Positions 25,328 through 31,984 of a DNA stretch of 41,671 bases are shown here, in pieces. The DNA lies in NCBI GenBank assembly GCA_964495055.1, contig CAZBUI010000002.1:1-41671 (forward strand), read 5' to 3'. The notes beneath the pieces were generated by a model that made no database searches, had not been told where the DNA came from, and saw only the letters and a program-made list of their open reading frames with translations. The position numbers were made by a program, and so were the translations under genes. Position 1 is the stretch's first letter. Each line of letters starts with the position of its first letter. This DNA comes from an uncultured Candidatus Bathyarchaeia archaeon. Lineage in GTDB: Archaea > Thermoproteota > Bathyarchaeia > TCS64.

Positions 25328-27422
25328 TCTTCATCAGCTCCACGATTAACTCTATTGTGGCGTTGGTACGCTTAAAGTCCTCCACCGATACGGGCATGTT
25401 GCTGTACATGGCTATCTCGTAGCTGGTGACCAGGTCCTCCAGGGCGGCGTGGGCGTTCACGGGCAGCCTGTCTATGAGTATGTACTCGAACTCCCTGGGC
25501 GTCATGGCGTCGTCTATGTCCGGGTACATGCGCATCATGGAGACATAGAACCTGTTGAAGAGCTTCACGACGCCCTCCTCGTAGTTGCTGTACTCCAAGG
25601 GGGCCCCGTCCTCGTACCCTATCCGCTCCCTGCCTGCGGGAAGGACGACCCTGGGCTCGGTGAACTCATCCTCCTTCAGGCGCCTGCTCCTCCTGGCGGC
25701 GTATACGCCCACCCCCAGGGCGCCGCTGAGCGCGATTATTATGTTCTGCGGGAACCCAAAGATGAGGGCCAGCAGGTTGTCGGGAGAAGGCGGCGGTAGC
25801 ATGACGCTGACGCCGAAGGAGGTGGTGGAGCTCACGTAGTAGTCCGTTTCCCTCATGCTCATCCTGATGGTTTCTTCTCCCTCCTCCGGGAAGAGTGCCG
25901 GGAAGCTGATCCTGCCCTGTCCGTCGCTCACCAGGTCCATGGTCCTGTTCAGGTACCATACGTGGAGGGTGACGTTGACCAGGGGCTCCCCCGTGGCCGT
26001 CTCCACGACGACGCCCCTGTACGTTATGTTCTTTTCCGCGTAGACCCTCCTGGGGCCGGAGATGGCTACCTCGGTCTCCGACATGAGCCTTATGGGCGGG
26101 TCGCTGACGCTCTCCAGGTACCACCTGTTCTCAAGGGTGTGGGCTATGAGGTCGTAGTCGCCAACGGCTAGCTCCGTGGACGCGTCGCAGGTTACGTTGA
26201 AGAAGCCTTCCTCCACGAAGCCGACGCCCACCACCAGCCCCGTCTCGTTGTAGTCCGTCTTGTCCGCCTTGAGTATTATCTCCACCTGGGGGCCGCTCAC
26301 GGCGGAGCCGTTTATGTTGGTCACGGTGCCCCAGACGTTGAACGTCTTCCCCTTGAGGGCCACGGGGTCGTTCCCGGTGATGTTGGTGAACGTCGCCTCC
26401 TTGGTGATGTTGACCTCGCCCTCGTCGTAGTGCTTGGGGGTGGCGTCGAATATGGTCCAGCCCACGTTGCCTAGGTTTGCCTCGGCGTAGAGGTACGCCT
26501 GCTGGGGCAGGACGTACTGGTGCTCGGCCCACGGGTCTATCATGAAGCCTATGACGGCCCTGGCGGGTAGGCCGATGCTCCTGGCCATGAGTATGAGGGC
26601 GGAGTTGAAGTGGGCGCCTGTCCCCTTCCTGTCGTTGAACAGGAACCAAACCACGGGGTCTATCCCCGCCGGGGGCTGAGTGAACTCCTCGCTGAACTCG
26701 TAGTGGTCCCTCAAGTAGCTCTCCAATGCCTTGTACTTCTCATAGGGGCTTGTCTCGTCCTCCGTTATCTCCAGCGCGAGCTCCCTGAGCCGGGTCTCTA
26801 TACGGCTTGGTATGTCGAGGGTGGCTTCTGTGGAGACGGGTTCAGCGGCCCTCAGCGCGGCCTCTGAGAAACCGTGTATCGCGTGGCTGACCCAGTATGG
26901 GTCTTTGAAGGGCTCCGTTGATGTGAAGCTCTGGATCTCGGGGTAGTATGTGAGGCTGCCGTTGAACTCCGTCACTGCTTGAGTGCTGGGCGCCACGGTG
27001 ACCCACCCAGTGAACACGGTGAGGGGATCGACGTAGAACTGGTTGTTAATCGTGGACGAGGCCCCGGTCGTCTGGTCCGGTATTATGTCCTCCTCGTAGG
27101 ACTCGCCCGCGTAGCCCGTGACGGGATACCATGTGCCGGCCGTGTAGTTCTCCGCGGGCATCCTCCTGAGGTACTTGGTCTTGGGTGGAAGCCGCAACTC
27201 CATGATGGGGCCCAGCTTCCTCGGCTCCACGTTGGTCACGTCTACCTCGTCTGATGTCTTGCCGAGGCTGCCTGGGTCCATCATCGGGTTGATGGGCCCC
27301 GGCTTGTCCTCTTCCAGTTCGAGGCGCGTTATGTCTCCTAGTATGTTTATGGCCGCGCTGAGCATCCCCACGCTCAGGGTCAGCACTAGGAGTAAGAGAG
27401 CGAGCCTCGCGTACCGGTTCAA
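25317..27422 (-). CDS. transglutaminase-like membrane protein with Ig-like repeats and C-terminal DUF4129-like domain
   Basis: It starts with an N-terminal anchor and a large domain rich in N-x-S/T sequons. The TGase-core-like segment is KGTGAHFNSALILMARSIGLPARAVIGF...GNVGWTIFDATP. Two prealbumin/CarboxypepD_reg-like repeats follow (VWGTVTNINGSAVSGPQVEIIL and RGVVVETATGEPLVNVTLHVW), then a TM segment. The C-terminus is DUF4129-like (MTPREFEYIL...LVTSYEIAMYSNMPVS). Confidence 0.75.
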   Translation of the reverse strand: MNRYARLALLLLVLTLSVGMLSAAINILGDITRLELEEDKPGPINPMMDPGSLGKTSDEVDVTNVEPRKLGPIMELRLPPKTKYLRRMPAENYTAGTWYPVTGYAGESYEEDIIPDQTTGASSTINNQFYVDPLTVFTGWVTVAPSTQAVTEFNGSLTYYPEIQSFTSTEPFKDPYWVSHAIHGFSEAALRAAEPVSTEATLDIPSRIETRLRELALEITEDETSPYEKYKALESYLRDHYEFSEEFTQPPAGIDPVVWFLFNDRKGTGAHFNSALILMARSIGLPARAVIGFMIDPWAEHQYVLPQQAYLYAEANLGNVGWTIFDATPKHYDEGEVNITKEATFTNITGNDPVALKGKTFNVWGTVTNINGSAVSGPQVEIILKADKTDYNETGLVVGVGFVEEGFFNVTCDASTELAVGDYDLIAHTLENRWYLESVSDPPIRLMSETEVAISGPRRVYAEKNITYRGVVVETATGEPLVNVTLHVWYLNRTMDLVSDGQGRISFPALFPEEGEETIRMSMRETDYYVSSTTSFGVSVMLPPPSPDNLLALIFGFPQNIIIALSGALGVGVYAARRSRRLKEDEFTEPRVVLPAGRERIGYEDGAPLEYSNYEEGVVKLFNRFYVSMMRMYPDIDDAMTPREFEYILIDRLPVNAHAALEDLVTSYEIAMYSNMPVSVEDFKRTNATIELIVELMKNGS

Positions 27423-27565
27423 CCTGTTCGAATATTCTCCTTGTGTGGTATTATTCTTTATTGAACCGTGGGAGCCTTTTTCCGGCTTCTAGCCGCATTT
27501 GTCTCGTTTATCCGCTACGTTCCTTGATGTTTGCCTCAAAACTTGTGTCTTTGTTATGTTGTAAA

Positions 27566-27585
27566 TGTCAACATACGTGTCAAGT
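27566..27585 (+). promoter_or_regulatory. recurring intergenic motif TGTCAAC-ATACGTGTCAAGT upstream of arcA
   Basis: The 13-mer ATACGTGTCAAGT (27573-27585) is identical to 11818-11830. In both copies a T(A/G)TCAA half-site precedes it. Confidence 0.45.
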
Positions 27586-27656
27586 TATTCCCGGGGCCTG
27601 AGAGCAACACATCGGCCCCGATAAATGCTTTAGTTCACCCAATCCACAGGTATACC

Positions 27657-29006
27657 ATGTGGGCCGTCAAATCCGAGTCGGGGAGGCTCCGCGCGGTGCT
27701 CGTGCAGGACTCGGCGGAGCAACTGTGGACCAGGAGGCTGCCCTTCGCTGGCATGGAGTCCAGCCTCCTCTACGTCGAGCGGGACTCCCACGCCCAGATG
27801 GAGCTTGGCCACCGGGAGTGGCTGGAGCTGCCCGAGATGCTCAGGGACGAGGGCGTCAGGGTCTTCGAGGTCAAGTCCGTGCTCACCAGCATACTAGAGG
27901 ACGCATCGAAGGCGGAGCTAGAGGGTATAGTCGAGGAGGTTTGGGGGGAGACCCCCCGTAAACCAGACCCGGATGAGCTGACGGTCGATCACCTCCTCTG
28001 GGGCTACCCACCCGAACCATACTATGATCCTCGGCTGGATAGGGTGGTGCTGCCCGACTTCAGGCGCGTCGCGTGGACCTACACCCGGGACACCAGCTTC
28101 ACCACCCAGGTGGGGACCGTAGTCTGCAGAATGAGGCGGTACAGCCGCCGCCACGAGCCTCAGGTGGTTAAGCTCTGCTACGTGCACGACCCGGTTCTCC
28201 GCGAGAACGTGGAGATCGTTTACGACGCCAACGAAGCCCAGGGAGTGTTCACGGAGCCCCCGTGCGTGGAGGGCGGCGACACCCAGATCATAGACGAGGA
28301 GACCATAGCCTTCGGCGTCGGTCAGAGGTCCACCGTCACAGGGGTCCTTGAGACCGCCAAGAGGCTGTTCGAGGCGGACACGGACGAGGATCTGAGGTAC
28401 GTGTGCGCGGTGAGACTCGCCGAGAGGCCCGCCGTGGACTACATGCACCTAGATGTGACCATCAACTACCCGGACAGGGGCAAGGCGCTGGTCATGCCTT
28501 ACGTCTACGACCCGGAGATGGTGCCCGGCTACCCGCCGAGGAAGCTGCTGCTGAAGACCCTTGAGGCGGTGAGGGCCCAGAGCGAGGCCCATGGACGGCC
28601 CATGGCGCCCCTCGTCCACCCCGACCACTTCAGGAGCCTCGGCAGGACAACCGTCTACGTCAACGACGGCGGCCGCCCCGAGCCTCTCCGATCCGAGGGC
28701 TGCTTCCTAGACTTCCTCGTCAGGGAGGGCAAGTTGGAGAAGGATGGGCTCATCTACGTAGGCGGCGCCCCCGAGGACCCGTTTGACGTGGTTCACCTTC
28801 TGGATGCCATGATGGAGCAGAGCCGCGGCGCCGCGAACATAGTGGCGGTGAAGCCTGGAGTGGTCATCGCCTACGACCGGAATCGGGGAACCAACCGGGC
28901 GCTCAGAGACCACGGGATCGAGGTGCGTGAATGGAGCAGCGGCTATCTGGATCTGCTGGGCGGCCCCCACTGCAGCACCAGCCCCCTCTGGCGTGACCCT
29001 GCTTAA
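27657..29006 (+). CDS. arcA: arginine deiminase
   Basis: By eye it is collinear with bacterial ADI: SESGRLRAVLV (like EIGELESVLV), YTRDTSF (FTRD), VEGGDTQII (EGGD), YMHLDV (HLDT), AVKPGVVIAYDRNRGTNRAL, and the catalytic Cys in GGPHCSTSPLWRD. I chose the start at ATG 27657, about 35 nt after ATAAATGC. Confidence 0.85.
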   Translation: MWAVKSESGRLRAVLVQDSAEQLWTRRLPFAGMESSLLYVERDSHAQMELGHREWLELPEMLRDEGVRVFEVKSVLTSILEDASKAELEGIVEEVWGETPRKPDPDELTVDHLLWGYPPEPYYDPRLDRVVLPDFRRVAWTYTRDTSFTTQVGTVVCRMRRYSRRHEPQVVKLCYVHDPVLRENVEIVYDANEAQGVFTEPPCVEGGDTQIIDEETIAFGVGQRSTVTGVLETAKRLFEADTDEDLRYVCAVRLAERPAVDYMHLDVTINYPDRGKALVMPYVYDPEMVPGYPPRKLLLKTLEAVRAQSEAHGRPMAPLVHPDHFRSLGRTTVYVNDGGRPEPLRSEGCFLDFLVREGKLEKDGLIYVGGAPEDPFDVVHLLDAMMEQSRGAANIVAVKPGVVIAYDRNRGTNRALRDHGIEVREWSSGYLDLLGGPHCSTSPLWRDPA

Positions 29007-29088
29007 GCTCCTGCGTAGCCGTAGAGCCTTGAATCTTAAAAAAGAATGATCGAGTCCTGGCTCGTATATTCGAAGCACCGCCTTTTTC

Positions 29089-30084
29089 TTATCCCCGTCT
29101 TAGGGGGTTGATGATGTGTTCAGCGAAGAGTCGCAGACTGTTTTTACGCGCCACGAGGTCCGGTACGTGTCGTGCGGCTCTGATGCTGAATATGAAGTAC
29201 GTCACGCCTATGTCCCTGATGTGTTGTACCTTTTCCAGACATTCCTCGGTGGTGCCGATGAGGTGACGTGCCCGGTACCGGCTCAGCCACTCGTCGAAAG
29301 ACGGGTATTGATCCTGTATTGGGCGCCCTCGTTCTTGGCCTGTGAGATACATCTCCTTCATCGCCTCTAGGAGGTCGTCCTCGCTCTGGTAGAGGTCCAT
29401 GGAGGCGTAGTAGGTCTTGTCGATGCTATCGGGGTCGCGTCCGATTTGGGCGCAGTGCTTCTTCAGTATGTCCATTTTTCGTCGGTACTCGTCTGGGGGG
29501 CCAAACCCGTTCCATCTATCGGCGTAGGCCGCCACGGCCTTGAGGGTGTAGGTCTCGCCGCCTCCGCCTATCGTTATGGGGGGATGCGGTTTCTGCAGGG
29601 GCTTCGGGTAGCAGACGGCGTCACGTATGTGGTAATGCTTCCCGAAGCTCGGGCTCTTCTGCGTCCACATTCGCTTGATGATCTCCAGGCTTTCCTGCAG
29701 CCGCTCTACACGTACACGTGGGCTCGGGAAGTCATACCCGTAAGTCTCGTGTTCTTCCTGGTTCCAGCCGGCTTCTGTCCCGAACTCGAGGCGTCCCTGA
29801 GTTATAACGTCTAGCGTCGCGGCCATCTTCGCGAGGAGGGCTGGGTTCCGCCAGTTGTTGCAGAGAACCAGGGTTCCCAGCCGTATCTTCTTGGTGATGG
29901 TGGAGAGGGCGGAGAGGATCGTCCAGACCTCGAATCGCGAGCCGCCTATGGTGAGGTGATCGCCAAACCAGATGGAGTCGTAGCCGAGTTCTTCGCAGTA
30001 CTGAGTGGTTGTCTTCAGGTCGCCCCAGTCGGTGGATGCGTAGTATCGGGCACTCGATTGAATCCCAAATCTTAACTCCTTCAT
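29089..30084 (-). CDS. LLM-class (luciferase-like) flavin/F420-dependent oxidoreductase
   Basis: The TIM-barrel LLM pattern is present: FGIQS, GYDSIWFGDHL, LGTLVLCNNWRNPALLAKMAATLDVITQGRLEFG and GGGGE. Confidence 0.75.
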   Translation of the reverse strand: MKELRFGIQSSARYYASTDWGDLKTTTQYCEELGYDSIWFGDHLTIGGSRFEVWTILSALSTITKKIRLGTLVLCNNWRNPALLAKMAATLDVITQGRLEFGTEAGWNQEEHETYGYDFPSPRVRVERLQESLEIIKRMWTQKSPSFGKHYHIRDAVCYPKPLQKPHPPITIGGGGETYTLKAVAAYADRWNGFGPPDEYRRKMDILKKHCAQIGRDPDSIDKTYYASMDLYQSEDDLLEAMKEMYLTGQERGRPIQDQYPSFDEWLSRYRARHLIGTTEECLEKVQHIRDIGVTYFIFSIRAARHVPDLVARKNSLRLFAEHIINPLRRG

Positions 30085-30228
30085 TCTCTGAACACCTTAT
30101 ACCTTTTGCATTTGACGCTGTGTGGGCGCGCTTCTTAGACGAAGACACACGGAAGCCAATTAATTGATTCTTGTAGTCTGTTGTGATAAGGGTAGCTCGA
30201 TATCCTTGTCACTAGGTTTATGTGTTTG

Positions 30229-31305
30229 TTAAAAGTGGCGGAAGCACCGTTCGTCGGTGAACGCCATGGCTATGCCGTTCTCGTCGCAAGCCTCTATGAC
30301 CTCCTTGTCCTTGACGCTGCCGCCCGGCTGGACGCACGCCGTGACGCCGTGCTCGGCCAAGAGGTCGATGCTGTCCCTGAACGGGAAGAACCCGTCCGAC
30401 GCGAGCACGGAGCCCGGTATGGCGTCGCCGTGGCCCCTCATCTCTGCCTTGTCCAGCGCCAGCTTCACGGCGGTGACCCTGTCCTGCTGGCCGGTGCCGA
30501 CGCCGATGGTGGCGCTGTCCCTGCTGAGGACGACGCCGTTGCTGCGCACGTTCATGCAGACGTACCAGCTGAAGAGCAGGTCCTTGGCCTCCTGGACTGT
30601 GGCCTTTCGCTCCGTCACGTACCTGAGGTCGTCTGGGCCCCTGATCCTTGTGAGCATGGGGGCCTGTAGCACTATGCTGCCGTCAGTCTGGACGCTGATG
30701 TCCAGGGACTCAGGCGCGTCGCCGACGTACCTGCTCAGCTTGTCCAGGCCGTCCACCTGCATTATGCGTATGTCTTTCTTCTGTTGGAAGTGCTCCATGC
30801 AGCCCGGCTCGTAGCCCGGGGCCACGACGCCCTCGACGTAGCTGGTCATTATCTCCTCGGCGGTGTCCTGGTCCACCACGGTGTTGAAGCCCACGACGCT
30901 GCCGAACGCGGCCAGGGCGTCGCAGTCCCTCGCCTTGGTGTACGTCGTCCTCAGCGGCTCGTCCGGGCTGTTTCGTGCGGCGGCGCCGCTGGGGTTCACG
31001 TGCTTCATGACGGCGCAGGCGGGCTCCTCGAAGTAGCTGACGATGCGCAGGCTGTTGTTCACGTCCTCCACGTTGGTCATGCTCAGCCCCTTCTTCCCGG
31101 TCTTCAGCATCTCGACGTTCCCTACGGTCAGGGGCTTGCCCACGGGCGCGTAGAACGCGGCGGGCTGGTGTGGGTTCTCGCCGTAGCGCAGACTCATCCG
31201 TTTCCTGTACACCGTCTCGCGGTCGCCTATCTTGATGGTCATCTCCTCGGGGAACGACTCCTCGAGGGCCGTCCGGTACTTCCTCCTCATGGATTTCTCG
31301 CTCAT
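30229..31305 (-). CDS. purH: AICAR formyltransferase domain protein (C-terminal half of PurH as a separate ORF)
   Basis: AICARFT-type motifs are LRYGENPHQ, KKGLSMTNVEDVN, AVMKHVNPSG, IGVGTGQQDRV and ASDGFFPFRDSID. ATG 31305 overlaps the upstream TGA (ATGA), with GGAGAGGAA 5 nt upstream. Confidence 0.88.
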   Translation of the reverse strand: MSEKSMRRKYRTALEESFPEEMTIKIGDRETVYRKRMSLRYGENPHQPAAFYAPVGKPLTVGNVEMLKTGKKGLSMTNVEDVNNSLRIVSYFEEPACAVMKHVNPSGAAARNSPDEPLRTTYTKARDCDALAAFGSVVGFNTVVDQDTAEEIMTSYVEGVVAPGYEPGCMEHFQQKKDIRIMQVDGLDKLSRYVGDAPESLDISVQTDGSIVLQAPMLTRIRGPDDLRYVTERKATVQEAKDLLFSWYVCMNVRSNGVVLSRDSATIGVGTGQQDRVTAVKLALDKAEMRGHGDAIPGSVLASDGFFPFRDSIDLLAEHGVTACVQPGGSVKDKEVIEACDENGIAMAFTDERCFRHF

Positions 31306-31898
31306 GGGTTCCTCTCCAGGTAGTTTACTATGGCGGAGTCGTATGCCGCCGTCCTCTTGAACGCGGCCCTGGCGTACCTTCTCCTCAGCTCGGTGGTGAG
31401 CTCTCCCCGGTTCTTGTTGAGGGTTTCCACGACCTCGCGGTACTGGGACGGGTCGGTCACCACGCAGACCCTGTCGTACAGCAGAGCCGCCTTGGCGGCG
31501 GAACGGGTCATGGTGGGGCCTCCTATGTCTATGTTGTCTGCCGCGGTTTCTAGGTCTGCTCCGCCGGCGACGACCTTCTCGAAGGGGTAGAGGTTGCATA
31601 CCACCAGATCGATAGGCTCTATGCCGTTCTCCATCATCCACTCCCTGTGGTCGGGGCGGCTCCTATCGAGGAGGATGCCGCCGTGGACCTTGGGGTGCAG
31701 GGTCTTGACGAGCCCGCCGGGGCTCTCGGGGTGGCCCGTATAGTTGCTGACTTCCACCAGCTTCTTGTATCCTATCTCCCTGATGCGTCTGGCGGTGCCT
31801 CCGCTGGAGATGATCTCGACGCCGCAGCCGCCCAAAGCCTCCACCAGCCCCTCTAGGCCGGTCTTGTCGTAGACGCTTATCAAAGCCCTCTCTATCAT
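31302..31898 (-). CDS. purH: IMP cyclohydrolase (MGS-like) domain protein (N-terminal half of PurH as a separate ORF)
   Basis: MGS-like motifs are ALISVYDKTGL, SSGGTA, LVKTLHPKVHGGIL, VVCNLYPF and IDIGGPTMTRSAAK. It ends in the usual PurH interdomain linker (AAYDSAIVNYLERNP*). AGGTGA lies 5 nt before ATG 31898. Confidence 0.88.
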   Translation of the reverse strand: MIERALISVYDKTGLEGLVEALGGCGVEIISSGGTARRIREIGYKKLVEVSNYTGHPESPGGLVKTLHPKVHGGILLDRSRPDHREWMMENGIEPIDLVVCNLYPFEKVVAGGADLETAADNIDIGGPTMTRSAAKAALLYDRVCVVTDPSQYREVVETLNKNRGELTTELRRRYARAAFKRTAAYDSAIVNYLERNP

Positions 31899-31984
31899 CG
31901 GCTCACCTTTACGGGTTAACGCACAGGCGCCGACGCTTTAGGGTTTGCCTTTCGCGGGGCTGTAAACTTGCATGAAGAAATAAA

